Shown here: piece by piece, positions 25,689 through 39,702 of the stretch
How the letters are laid out: each line of letters starts with the position of its first letter
Numbering within the stretch: the stretch's first letter is position 1
The notes under the pieces: generated by a model
What the model was told of the DNA's origin: nothing
The model's input: only the letters and a program-made list of their open reading frames with translations
Database searches by the model: none
Source: Octopus vulgaris
Lineage: Eukaryota
Length of the DNA: 64,000 nt
Assembly (NCBI GenBank): GCA_951406725.2
Contig: OX597831.1
Coordinates: 56,048,001-56,112,000 of the forward strand
Direction: 5' to 3'
Made by a program: the position numbers and the translations under genes

Positions 25689-28143
25689 ATATTTGGTGCC
25701 CAATCCTAGTGTAATCAACAACACACACATATCAATGTTCTTTAATTTCTAATCAGCCCTTAAAGAGCAGTCCTATCTATGATCAAAAGCTTTCCAGATG
25801 TAATCCCCATCCTGTCATATTTTCACAACTAGTGTACCCCAAACTATATCATTTAACATGTCCTTAGCAGAGTATGATTTGAGGGAGATTTGATTGCTAT
25901 TTCTAGCAGGTTAAGCAAGCTTGTAGAAGTTCCCTCATTGACTTGTTATACAGCTTTCTGTTACTATTAGCATATTTGTAAGAGAAACAGGCAAATCCTG
26001 ATGAGTTATAAATGCACTGAAATTAGTTAGGGTGATACTAATTCCAAGTCTTGTGGTTTAACTATGGGTCCTAATTTCACAGTAGGACTTAAATATATCT
26101 TTGTTAAATATATGGGTTTGACTCCATATTCATATTTACTCATGTGTCATTATTTGAATCCATATGTACAGGTATTCAAAGAACAACAAGCATTTTAACA
26201 TCCTTTTCCATACTAAAGCAAGGGTTAGTCTTGCAAGTCCAATAACTGTCAAAACCATTTGCCCTGCCATCATCTACATCTTCCCTCATCAACCTGCTTA
26301 CATTTCTTCTGCCATCATCATTAACCATGTCTTTCTCAGTTTCTATCTTCCTCTTCAACTTCCTTCCATATTAATTTCCCTCACTCCTCTCACCTAGTCA
26401 CTTTCATCCTTCCTCAGGACATGACCCAACTATTTCTCTTCACAACATCCATCATTGGCTCTATTCCTATCATTCTCCACTATTCTGTGTTTTCCTCTCT
26501 CTTGATGATATTCCATTCATTCACTAAACCACTGGTTCTCAACCATTTTTTATCTATGACCTCTTTAATTACCATTTTATTCTGGGGGACCCCCATAGTC
26601 ATTCAATGGTTAAAAACTAGTTTCATGAATACTTCTAAAATTCCTATTTTGTTTTCCACAAATTTCCTTATGTAGGTTGAAGTATGTAAATTGTTAGAGA
26701 AATTGAGCTGTTCCTTGCAATAAATACATTTATAACAAACGTTTTTCATAGATCCTTAAAGTACTAGTGTGGGTCCACAATTTACTATTTTGCTTGCATG
26801 GACTCTGAGGGTTATGTGGAACCCATTTTCACTTCTGTTCTTCCCAGCCTTTTCTGATGCTGTGTGTTCATTCCCCATGTCTGACGCCCAAAATTCATAG
26901 CACATCTCACACATACAATATACATCTTTCTCTTCAGCACAATATTAAGGAATAAAAAGAAGTACAATAGAATATTCCTCACACAGTTGAGGGACACATT
27001 TCTGTCCAAGATAACAGAAACAAAATACCTAGAAAGTTTTTTTATGTCGAAAGAAGAATCAAAAATAGAAAGGTTTTCTTTTTTTTTTTCTCAACAACAG
27101 TATGCATGAAAATATAAGGAACAAAAAATTTTAAAATTTTCTCAGGAAAATAAAAAGCCAAAACAGAAATTCCATGAGAATTTTGTTTTTTTAATAACAA
27201 ACATGAAATTTGTTGTTGTTTTTATTTAGCCTTAGTTCAGCCCTAATCAAGCAGACTTATGATCTAAGTTACTGCAGTTGTGACTATCTTGTATTTTTCA
27301 TAGATGCAAGGAACATAAACCCACAATATCTTTTTCTAAGCTAGAGAAGTGTGATTTGAGGAAGAGTTGACTGCTATTTTCACCAAACGAAGCAACAAAC
27401 ATTAACTGCATTTTCATTTCAGTTTTCTATTTTATTTTCATTTTAGTTCTACTTTACTTTAAAAAGACCATATGCTAAAAGTAAAACCCCAATTTTTTTC
27501 TAGATCCTGTTGAATATGAATAAATTGTAATGAGTGTTAGACTGTGGCCATGCTGGAACACTGCCATGAGCAATTTTACTAGACCCCAGTACTTATTTTC
27601 CTTTTAGGCCTGGTACTTATTCCATTGGTCTCTTTTTTCTAAACTGCTCTATTACAGGGATGTAAATACACTGATACCCATTGCCAGGCAGTGGTAGGGG
27701 ACAAACACAAAGACACACACATATATATATGCGATTATTTGGTAGGCAGTGCTGAATTTTACAATTTGTAAAATACTATAAATGAACCAAGAAATGAACT
27801 CCAAAAAGCAGGCAAAATTTATCAAAGATGGTGAGAGCTTCTTTCCAGTAACTTAACCTGTTATAATTAGACTAATTAACTTCAAATCTAACAAGCAAAG
27901 GATACAACAGCACCAAGTAGAGTCCCTCTGACATAACCATTATTATTTATTGTTAACACTTCAGAAAAATATTATTAAAAATTCTCTCTTGCCACTGAAG
28001 AATTTAGAAGAGAATAGAACCACAAACAAAAAAAAAGATTGTGATGACTTCAAAACATTCATTTTCATTCAATTTTAACATAAAAATAACCCAGAAATTC
28101 TGACACATTTAAATTTTCGGTAAAGACAGACAGTCAGACAGTA

Positions 28144-28184
<41 letters not shown>

Positions 28185-29033
28185 GAGAATACATGCATGT
28201 GTGATGACATTTTAGTTTTAGACAATTCAAAATAACCTACTTTATTTTATCCATAAACCATTAGTGGTATTGTGAAGGTCAATATTTTAATACCAAATTG
28301 TAAACAGACCTATATACTGCCTGGCATACATTGTCAAGTTAATTTATTGTAAGTTAGTTCTATATAGTCAGTTTACATTAATTTATCAAAATTTAGAGAC
28401 AGTAATGTATGTTTCTTCTAACAGATTTGACAACTTACATATAGATAAAAGTAATATTAATAAAACTATAGAAACTTAAGACCCCCACCAAAATAAATGC
28501 AATCTAAAATGCAAAACTAAACTCAAATATACTAAAGTGCAACAAGTTACTGAAAATCAACTTCCATAGACTATTGCTTGAAAAAATAGATACAGGAAAC
28601 GTGGAATAGCATCAAAGAGAAGTATAGCTAAATACATGTTAAAGATGATGATTTTACGTATATGTAACTAGCAGAGCTGATTCATGCAATCAAAGCTGTG
28701 AGTTATTCCAAGTTCTCGATATTATTAGTTTTCAATGCAATTAGATTATTATAGTACAGCAACAGGGAGTAGTAACAATAAAATCTCAGTTTCAAATATT
28801 AAAAAAAAACTCGTAAATTTGTATAATAAAATGTGTAAAAAGCTCTTTTCTAGTTTTGTAACTATCAGACACTTGAGATTTAAGTTTGGCATTGTAAAAT
28901 AACTCCAATATAGAATTTTAAAAAATTAATTTATGTAACTAAATAGTAGTCATGGTAAAAAAATTGTTTCCAAGTTTTTAAACATACTTTGCTGATATGT
29001 TATAACTTCCTTAATTATTGTAATTTTAGTGTG

Positions 29034-29035
<2 letters not shown>

Positions 29036-29088
<53 letters not shown>
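29036..29088. repeat. (TA)n microsatellite
   Basis: Directly visible. Many other (TA)n, (GT)n, (GA)n, (GAT)n and (GGT)n runs occur in the window. Confidence 0.95.
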
Positions 29089-29089
<1 letters not shown>

Positions 29090-29091
<2 letters not shown>

Positions 29092-29480
29092 AATAAGATG
29101 ACATGCTGAATTTTTTTTTTTATTCAAGACTGAAGGAAACAGCTATAACACCACTTTGAACATACCCTATTAAACAATGCTTGTCACAGCTGACTAACTT
29201 GCAGAATGCAGTTGGGACATGAAGGCAATTTAGAAGCTTGCTATGCAATCAAGTTTCATGTTAAACTGGGCAAAAACACAACAGAAACTTAAGAAATGCT
29301 CCAGAGTGCTTATGGATTAATATACATGAAACAAGAATCTGTTTGTTTTTTTTTTTTTTCACTGGCACAAGAGGTTCAAGGGATGGTAGAAAGTGGGTGA
29401 GAGATGATGAGAAGTGTGGGAGGGACATCAGAGCTGGTTGAGAAAATTGACAATTTTCTGGATGAAGACCATCATTGATA
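29090..29480 (+). mobile_element. Mariner 5' fragment (transposase HTH relic)
   Basis: EACYAIKFHVKLGKNTTET*EMLQSAYG...WHKRFK...VRDDEKCG directly after a (TA)n run. Confidence 0.7.
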
Positions 29481-29488
29481 TTATTAAG

Positions 29489-29885
29489 GCAGTGAGCCAA
29501 GAGAATCATTAGCACACTGGACAAAATGCTTAGTGACATTTCTCCTGGCTTCGCATTCTGAGTTTAAATTCTGCTGAGGCTGGCTTTGCCTTTCATTCTT
29601 TCAAGGTAGATAAAATAGCACCAGTTGAGCAGTGGGGTTGATATAATTGACTAGCCTCCCCACCCAAAATTTCATGCCTCATACCTATAGTGGAAAGGAT
29701 TACTGTTACTATTATTAAGGCAGCAAGCTGGTAGAATTGTTAGCATGACGGGTGAAATGCTTAGCAGTATTTCATCTGTCTTCATGTTCTGAGTTCAAAT
29801 TCTGCCATGGTCAACTTTGCCTGTCATCTTTTTGGGGTTGATGAATTAAGTACCAGTGAAATGTAATACCAGTGTCAACGTAATA
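29489..29885 (+). mobile_element. Two tandem SINE family B copies
   Basis: Two head-to-tail matches to 18265-18508 separated by a (TTA)-rich tail. Confidence 0.8.
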
Positions 29886-29893
29886 AAACTATC

Positions 29894-30282
29894 TCTTTTA
29901 CTTGTTTCAGTCATTTGACTGTGGCCATGCTGGAGCACCGCCTTTAGTCGGGCAAATCGACCCCAGGACATATTCTTTGTAAGCCTAGTACTTATTCTAT
30001 CAGTCTATTTTGCTGAACTGCTAAGTTACGGGGACGTAAACACACCAGCATCGGTTGTCAAGCGATGTTGGGAGAACAAACACAGACACGCAAACATATA
30101 CACACACATACATACATACGACGGGCTTCTTTCAGTTTCCATCTACCAAATCCACTCACAAGGCTTTGGTCGGCCCGAGGCTATAGTAGAAGACACTTGC
30201 CCAAGGTGCCACACAGTGGGACTGAACCCGGAACCATGTGGTTGATAAGCAAGCTACTTACCACACAGCCACTCCTGCACCT
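29894..30282 (-). mobile_element. SINE family A
   Basis: Reverse complement of 57566-57988. Confidence 0.9.
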
Positions 30283-30429
30283 GTGCATCTAATATAAATA
30301 CAAATTCACCAAAGACATGTCTATGTAAGCAGTGACCACCCAAACAAAAAAAATAATTAATTATCAAATATAAAAAGTAGACGATTACCAATTCATTACA
30401 AAAATGTTAATTTAATGCATTGAAGTTGA

Positions 30430-31260
30430 TCATTTAATGTCCGTTGTCCATGCAGGCATGGGTTGGACGGTTTGACCAGGGTGGCATGCAGGAAGGCTGC
30501 ACCAGATGCCAGTCTGATTTGGCATAGTTTTCTATGGCTAGATGCGCTTCCTAATGCCAAGCACACCAAGAGTGTAATGGGTGCTTTTACATGCCACCAG
30601 CACGGGTGCCATTTGTGCGACACTGGGGTGCCTTTATGTGCCATTGACACAGGCACCAACTGCATGACACCGAGGTGCCTTTATGTGCTATTGACACAGG
30701 CACCAACTGCATGACACCGGTATCTGCCATGATTGCGATTTTGCTTGGCTTGATGAGGCTCTTTTCAAGTACAACACAATGCCAAAGGTCTCAGTCATTG
30801 CCTCCGTGATGCCCAGCACTCGAAAAGAACTCAGCCACTTTACCTGTGAGGCTCAATGCTCAAAAGAAACTTGGCCACTTTGCCTCCATGAGGCCTAATA
30901 CTCAAAAAGTGTTCTTTACATGTCAGCAGCATGGGTGCACTTGGCTTGACAGGTCCTCTCAAGCACATCACATCACCAAAGGTCTTGGTCACTAGTCATT
31001 GCTTCTGTAAGGTTCAACGTTTGAAGATCATGCTTCACCACCTCGTTCCATGACTTCCTGGGTCTACCTCTACCCCAGAGAGCAGCACTTCTTTACACAG
31101 CTGTCCTCGTCCATACGCATCACATGACTATACCAGTGCAGTCGGCTCGCTTACACACCACATCTGGTGCCCCCTATGCCTAACTTTTCTCTCAAAATAT
31201 TTACACTGTTGAACATACACACTGACATTGCACATCCAGCAAAGAATACTTGCTTCATGA
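30430..31260 (-). mobile_element. RTE 3' region joined to a family C SINE-like tail
   Basis: RTE C-terminal relic at 31010-31260 (LCWMCNVSV..., LHWYSHVMRMDEDSCVKKC), followed by repeated GGCACATAAAGGCACC units and a family C end. Confidence 0.7.
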
Positions 31261-31383
31261 TGTATAATGGTTAATATTTTGATGTTTAGACATGCACAAT
31301 TTCCTGCACCTTTCGAGTGCAATATTTTATATTAAATGTAACATTAAATAAACACAGATGCCATGAGTTTAGTTCTATAATGC

Positions 31384-31451
31384 ATTGAATATAGTGAAAA
31401 TTAAGATACAATTCATTATTGAATATAGTGAAAATTAAGATACAATTCATT
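31384..31451. repeat. Perfect 34-bp tandem duplication
   Basis: ATTGAATATAGTGAAAATTAAGATACAATTCATT x2. Confidence 0.95.
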
Positions 31452-34400
31452 CTGCCTTTTCACTCAATATCAATATGGAGGAAAATGTTTGTGTTACATT
31501 GCATGTATGGTTGCCTCTGATGACAGAGGTTTATGTGGCACAGAATTAACCTAAGTCATTCAGACAAAATGCAGAGTGACTGTTCTTCAAAGTTTTGCCA
31601 GTATCAGACCAATAAATATTTCACTTTCTAGAGTATCTATTTACTCTAGAGTGGGAGGGATCATGGCTGATAGGTGCACTCAAAAAAGAGTTTGGTTAAG
31701 GAAGTAGTGAAACAGGAGAAGAATCAACAAATGCATCAAGTAACCAATCACTCATCAGTCATAAAATCATTCCCACTCCATGTAATATTTATTCCAGAAA
31801 TGTAAATTTTTACTCCACAGTCAGACAATCTGCTCCCAATGAAGACAGTCACCCAGCATTTTATTTAGATAAAATATAATGAATGACTATAAACATATAA
31901 CACAAATATGCATGTGCATGTATAGATACATATAGATATATACACACACTCACATACATCATCTTTTATGTTCACTTTATATGTTGGCATTGATTGGGCA
32001 AGTCATCACAACCCTGAGCTAATCAAGGTTTTAAGTGATTTGGTGAACAGAAAATGAAAGTGTGACTGTGTGTGTGTTTGTCATGATATCATGAAATAGC
32101 TGTAAAAGAGTTGTCCATTTCCAATATTAGGCTAAAGCATGTCCAACCATGAAAAAAAAATCACCTTGCTTGGAAACAAGTGAAGGTTGGTGACAGGAAG
32201 GGCATCATCCGACTGTAGAACATCTGCTTCAATGAATTCTGTCTGACCCATGCAACCATGGAAAAGAAGACATTAAAATAATTGTACACACACACACACA
32301 TAGTCACATGGTGGTAAAGCTTCTATAAATGCCAACTGCCTACCATCAATACATACATAACATATACATAACATACATGTATATACACACACACACACAC
32401 TCTTCAGCAACTTTCCAACTGTTCAGTTCTGTAACAGTTTGTAAGTTTGCCAATTTCTTTGGAAGCTAAACAAATAGAAGAAAGAAAAAAAACCAAACCC
32501 CTACTTTTATTACACTTATGGAATAACCTTGCATTCTTATGAATGCTAAAATAAACTTCCTTTATGCTTAGTTTTCTTCTTCACTTTGAAAACAACCTTG
32601 ATAAATGAATTCTATTTGTTTATTTTTTTCTTCAACCTTATTTGAGGAGGAGATGGGCTGCATACTATTTTAACTTTTATCAATTTAGTTTATAGTGTAC
32701 CAACTGATGCTACAATAATATTCAGTTTTATGTTTCTCCCATGATATAATTTAATAATATAAAACACCATGTTCGGAGGGGGCTAAGGGATGAGGTGAGT
32801 CAGTAGGGAGTTGGGCAGTAGCCCTGATCTCAAAGGCCCTCTCAGATTGGTGAGAGATTAAATGACATGTATGTTTCTCTGTGTACAGCACAAAACCAGT
32901 CTTTTTTTTTTTTGTGGAGATTTTTTGCTAGGTGAGGATTGAACTCAAAACCTAGAGAGACAAGAACAAAAGAAAGTACTAAAGAATTTAGTTTAATAAC
33001 CTACTTCTGCCAACAAATGTATAATAGTACTTAATTTTATTGACCCTTTAACTGCAAAATTAAATCTCATTGTTATCCCAGCAATGATGTTAAATATCTA
33101 ACCAAAAACTAAAATTGGTATTTTCTGCAAGTCACACTGCTTCAATAAATTTGACTCATTTCAACAAAAAATAGTTTCAAATATGACATTCTTCAACAAA
33201 AGATAGATTGGCATAAAAAAAAAAAAGACTTGCTTTCCACAGTTAAGGGTAAATTTTGAGTGGGTAAATCTAATTTCTGTAGTAAAAAGGTCACTCACCC
33301 CACCACACTGAAAGATGTATGACAAAAGTTTATTCAGATGGGAATTGAACTTAAAACATAGAGATAGAACTACTGTTAGTTCAGTGTTCTTACACAAATA
33401 TCTAATAATAATGCAATATCATGGCACTATACAATGTGTAACATCAAATAAGTTAGAGAGAGCAAATGGGTTCTTAATAATATATTACGTACGATTCCAA
33501 ACAAAATGTTTTTTAAGTTTTAACTAAAAAAAAAAGCAATCTGAAAATTAAAAAGGAACAAATTATATATAATCATGCATGAAATGGTATCACATACATC
33601 TGAAAGTGATTATAGTTTCAAACTAATACCACACCAAAGATACAATTTTCTTTTCCGTTTTTTTTTTTTTTCTTGATAATAAAAAGCAAATATGAAAAGA
33701 ATAAACAACATATTCATTATCATGTTTCTATGTTGATAAAAACAAGCTGTTTTGTGCTCTTAAACTTGCTCTACATAACCTACTTGGCTGTTCTGAGGAA
33801 AATAGGTTTTCAATGCAATAGAAAAAGAAAACTAACAAGTCGCTCATTTACATCTTGAATCTTAAAGAACTAGAATGAGTTGAACCACTTATAAGGCATT
33901 GTTTTCTGTTCCTAATTAGTAAACACTGAAGTTACCATTTCTACATAGGTTCCATGTAATTTCAGTATTATTATCATCAATGCAACTCCTCATTTCTAGT
34001 TTATGTGAGTTTGATAGACCCACTTAAGCAATATTTCTATCTGCACGGCCACTTCACCACATACTTGCCATTTTAATAACATAACTGTGAATCTATTTTC
34101 TGGGTTAAATAGACTGATATAATTAGAGCAATTTGCCTTAATTCAATTACACTGAATCTTATGATATTCATATCTCACACCTAAACTTAAGTATACAGAC
34201 ATTTGAGTTTACTTATTATAAAACAAGAAGCTAGGTAATTTCAATGATGTAAAAGAAAAAAAAATCTGCTCTCCTATGAAAAGGATCATGAGCTCATTTC
34301 ACAACAGGTATGTAAAGTTGATTCTCAACATCTTCAAACAAGAACTTTCATAAATTTGACTTGATAGATACAAGCACGGCTGTGTGGATATGGAGTTCAC

Positions 34401-34515
34401 TTCATAACCATGTGGTTTCGGGTTCCATCCCACTGTGCGACACTTTAGGCAAATATCATCTACTATAACCTAAGACTGCCCAATGCCATGTGGATGAACT
34501 TGGTAGAGAAATGCA

Positions 34516-34552
<37 letters not shown>

Positions 34553-36805
34553 AGTAGAGAGAAGGGACCAGAGCAGAACAGGTTTCTTGCTGCAGAGGAG
34601 CTACATGGCCACTCATGTTAAAGTGAAGGTGAGAGTGACCAGAATGGAGTGAAAAAGAGAGAAAAGATAATGGCAATGAAGTGTCAGGGTGGGCTTTTAA
34701 GGTACCATGTGAGTAGAAGTGATAGGGGACAGGAGAACTAGGAGTGTGGATGGGTAGAGGTTGCAAAACTTCAGAGAGAGAAAGAAATGTTCAGAGATGG
34801 GGAATGGGTAAGGGTGTGAATATAATGAATGAAAAATGGTGAATAAGTAGGGAAGGTAGGGAAGAGTAGGTGACAACTGTAAAGATCTGGTATGGTTGAG
34901 GGGTGGCTGCAGTGACTGATGAATAAGAGATGGGGATATGATCTACACTACAAATGAATTGAGAGTGAGATAGGGGAGAGATGATTGACTGCAGAAAACG
35001 GTAGAGATGAAGAGCAGCAAAATATTGTTTTCAAATTTTGGCACAAGGCCAGCAAGTTTGGGGGAAGGACATTGACCCCAGTGCTCAGCTGACACTTATT
35101 TTTTTAACCCAAGTAGGACAAACAGCAAAATCAACCTCAGCAGAATTTGAACTCAGAACATAAAGATGAACAATTTGCCCAGCATGCTAATGATTCTGCC
35201 AGCTTGTCGCATTATTAACATTCTGCTGCAGAGCAGCAGAATATTAATAATGATACAGTAAACAGGAAGGAGAAGGATGAGAGAGGTGATGTGGGGTTGG
35301 GTAGGCTGCAAGAGTGTGAGGGAAGAGTTAAGCATAGTACATGGAGAGAATGAGAGATGTGGTAGAGAAAGTGAGATAATCTGGTGGCTTAGGAAAGTGA
35401 TCAATGTAAAATATGGGTGAAGAGAACAGTATTACAAATGAGGGATTGCTATTGAGTGAAACATTTTCCCATGAGCAAAATGGTAATATCATGTTTACAA
35501 TCCCTATCAGCAGTACACCCAGTAGTTCTGCACTTTCAAAAGCAATTGGAATATATAAAAATCCCATAGTTGAAAACAAGCAAAGGTTGGCAACATACCA
35601 ACATGGAAAAGCAGATTTGAAATGAAATGAACAAAGGACATTGAAAGTTCTGTTTGTTATCTGATCCATTTATGCTACAGCCACATTATTCCAAGCTTAA
35701 TGCATTTATGAGCACATTGAGAATATTAACATGCTTGTAAGTTCTTTTATCAGGTTTCATATTTCTGCACCCTAAGAAATGCCTGGGATGATTGGTTATA
35801 AAGCAATATTTTATCATTTCTTAGAGCAGATCAAATAAAAAGAAAATTACTTGGAGATATCAACTACAAAGTTTTTAAGAAATTTGTTTTGTCATTTACA
35901 AATTACTGCTTGGAAATGAAAGAACAGGACAAAATTTGCACAGTGTTGACCTAGCATGATATGAAAGGTGATATGAAAGTAATTTTCAAAAAAGTTTGGT
36001 CAACAAAAATATCTATAAATTACTAAAAACAATGGCAACATAAACGTAACTAAAACACAAACCAGATCAAAAAGATATTATCAGTGAATCACAATTCCAA
36101 TCAACTAATTAACAAGGATTTCTTTTTGACTTAGATGAGTTTTTTTTTTTTTAAGAAAGAAATTGCAGTCAAATCTTCCTCACAATATTACAGGCACTTA
36201 TTTTATCAATATACAACCAATGATAATAAATACATTATCACCTCAAAACAATGAGATCCCAAAATAAATACAGTATACACTGATTCCAATAATTTAATCC
36301 CAACACTATGGTGTCTATGTCTAATGATATATATATATAAAGCAATAAGTCCACTCTGCTGAGTAGTTGGTGTTAGGAAGGGCATCCAGCTGTAAAAATC
36401 CTACCAAAACAGTCACAGAAGTCTGGTGCAGGCTCCAGCCTGGCCGGCTTTTATGGTACCATCCCATTCATGCTAGCATGGAACACAGACTTATGATGAT
36501 GATTATATATGTGTGTGTATATATATATAAAAGCAAAAAGTGAACCAGAAACAACTCTTGTATAACAATTCAGTTTTTGATGGAAATGCTGTGCATAGAT
36601 CATTAAAGTAAATATCATCCTGAATCTAGTCTTACAAGTTCATAATTTCTAACATAGGAATGAATACTTTATCATTTAACCTACAGCAAGTCTTTATAAC
36701 CCAATTCTACAAGTCATTGTATAGAAGGTTGGCTCTGTTGGTGAGGCCAAACATGCATAATTAGCAGATCAAATCTCTGCAAATAACAGCAATATTTCAA
36801 TTCTA

Positions 36806-36985
36806 TATTTGAGAGATGAGGAATTATGTACACTATTTACATTTGACAGATATTTGTCCTCATCTTGTTTGTTGTTAACACAACATTTTGGCTGATGTAC
36901 TCTCCGGCCTTCATCAGGTGTCCTGAAGGGGTTTCAAACCTGGGTTCTCATTCCTAAGGTATTTTTCCAATGTTATTATTATTAT
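36806..36985 (-). mobile_element. Penelope-like terminal repeat with a decayed hammerhead motif
   Basis: Minus strand GACAC-CTGATGA-AGGC...GCC-AAAATGTT-GTGTT, bordered by (TTA)n. Confidence 0.6.
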
Positions 36986-39364
36986 TGTTTTCCAGAGCTC
37001 CATCAATTTGGATTTTGTTGTGATTTTTTTCAAGTTTATTGACTGTTTGTTTTTGTTTTCAGAACCCAATTTGGTGTGCAGAAGGGGTTCTTTTGTTGAA
37101 AATTTCCCCCTTTTAAGAACAAATTTTGGACTTTTTGTCCATTTACAATATTTTTTGTTTTGCGTTTGACGAAAAACAAAATGGTTTCTTCTGTCGAGGG
37201 GAGTCGCAGTGGCTGTTCTGACAGCCAGTACACTCAAGATTTCTCCCCTCTGAACAGCACAATCACAACAAGTAGCAGTGCCAACACCACCACTACCACC
37301 ATCAGCAACAACAAAGAAAACCCAGAAACTATAGCAAACCAAGAAATCACCACTACTGTTCCTGAAAAAGAGAAGGAGGAAGAGAGAAAAGAAAAAAAAA
37401 AGAATGACACTGACACCACCGCCACAAACAGCCCACCCAACTTGCTGTAAAAAAATGCACATGTCCTTATTCAAAGACTAACCAAAAATACAAACTTTAA
37501 ATAAGGAGCCATTAATGACAATCATTAATGGGTTCAAGTGAAAATATAAAAAGTTACAAACTTCTCACCATGAGCCTAATTCTACTCCAAAGACTAAAAA
37601 TGACTTCTTAATGTTAGCACCATGCCAATCATTTTTCGAGGGTGTAGCTAATTCAATCAACCTCTAGTACTTATTTTATCAACTTATCCACCTCTGCTAT
37701 TAAAGGATCAAAGAGAAAGGGTTGAGCGTGCCAAGATTTGAACTGAGAATGTAGAGGAATGTAACAATAATGGTATCTTACATTTGTACAAAGCCACAAA
37801 CCTGAAGAATAGAGGTTAAGTTTACTGAATCAACCAGCATTTGAAATCAAAATCTAAGTAATTATTGCAAAGCATTTAGTCTGAAACTATTATCTCACAG
37901 TTAAAAATATTTTGCCTTAAGCACAAGGCATTTGTAGGGAAAGAAAACCTAGTCAACTGACTGGATTTTCATACATTACTGGTACTTATTTTATCAACTT
38001 TTCTTGGATGAAAGACAAAGTCAAGACTGGCAGGATTTGAAGGACATAACCAAATATCTCATACCTCAAAGTATTTTGTCAAGTATTACTTCTATTCTTC
38101 CACAGAAAAAAACTGCTTCTAACAGACAAAAAATGTTAAGGGAAAGTACAGTCTATTGCATAAACATTGCACTTTGTTATCAGCAACCTTGAGAAAATGA
38201 AAGGTAAAGTCAATTCATGTAGGATTTGAGTTGACCTTGACGGAATTTGAACTCAGGACATAAAGAGCCAGAATAAACACTACAAGGCATTTCATCTAAC
38301 AGTTTAATGGTTTCCAATTTAGGCACTAAACTAGCAATTTTGTATAGTGGGGGTTAGCTAATGCCATCAACCCCAGTACTTAGACTGGTACTTTATTGTA
38401 TCAACTGAGGAAGAGTGAAAGGCAAAGTTAACCTTAACAGAATTTGACCTCTGAATGTAAAGAGCTGCTACAATGTGATAAACTGAAGAAGAATTTGTCA
38501 TATTGTGCTTTCTTTCACTGGCTGATTCCTCTTCATTTACCCTGTTCTTATTCCTATAACAAAGCAACACCATATAAAATTGCATATACTTTTTCAGAAT
38601 AAGAAGTTTTGAAGATTCAAAAACACCAGTATAATACCAGTAGAGCTGCAAGAATTAAACCACCAAAGCACAACATCACTTGTCAATTCACAACAAAATA
38701 GTGCTCATGAACGGTAAAAGTAAATGGTTTAAACAGACAAAGTTGACAATTCCATAAAGCATGGGTTACTATTCACAAATCTTATACAGGGCTTTTGTCA
38801 GATAAGGTTGTAACAGTATACAAAAGGGAATAAATGAGTGGTTGTTCAATAGAGGAAAAGCCAACCAGTATGCAAGTCAGGGCAAGATGTTTTTTGAATT
38901 TCCTGATTGTTTATCCAAGGGAAAGGCCACTGACTTGGGCTGATACAGCTCAGCACCAATGTCACTGCAGGCATTGCTGTCAGAAAACAAAGAGCCGAAA
39001 CAAATACTGGAAAGGTATTGTGCTTAAGAATTCTAAGCCACTGCTCTGATTTGGTACTTTTGTTTTTCATCAATCCTAAAAGAATAAATCATTTATGATT
39101 TAGCTGTAAAAATGAGTATAAAAATATATAAATTTAGCAGAAAAACTGGAGAATCAGAAGCGTGAAACTTCATAGTTACCCCTCAAAGAAAAGTACAAAA
39201 CCAGGAGGTTCACATTGTAATATCATCACTGACGAGATAGTTAAATTAAAGCTGCATGACTGCACATTTTGTCATCAGCATCCTGAAAATAGCATGTGCT
39301 GTCAATATCTGTAAACATGTTTTGTAGTTTGAAGCATTCAATATGCATATGTGACAGCACGAAC

Positions 39365-39702
39365 TTAAAAGATTTATCCAAAAAACGTTATTTAGCTGTT
39401 ATTTTTAGCACACCTCACAACCACCTCAATGACAAAAAGAAATGAGTAAACAAGTAGTGTCAAGCATTCAATATGTTGTTAATGCAAATGCGATGAACAA
39501 CACATTACAATTTTTCCCCACAAATGGTTTCAATATAGTTTTAACAGAAAGATTTGGAAGAATTAGATGAAAGTTCTCTGGTAATTTTCTTTCATGTAAA
39601 TAAAATTTTATATTAATTTAAAAGATTTATCCAAAAAACGTTATTTAGCTGATATTTTTAGCACAGCTCACAACCACCTCAATGACAAACAGAAACGAGT
39701 AA
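39365..39702. repeat. ~85-bp direct repeat pair (39365-39449 and 39618-39702)
   Basis: TTAAAAGATTTATCCAAAAAACGTTATTTAGCTG...GAGTAA twice with few substitutions. Confidence 0.9.

Noticed and set aside
36914-37474. 186-aa minus-strand ORF in gene-sense orientation
   Set aside because: Antisense shadow of a low-complexity plus-strand ORF, with no recognisable domain.
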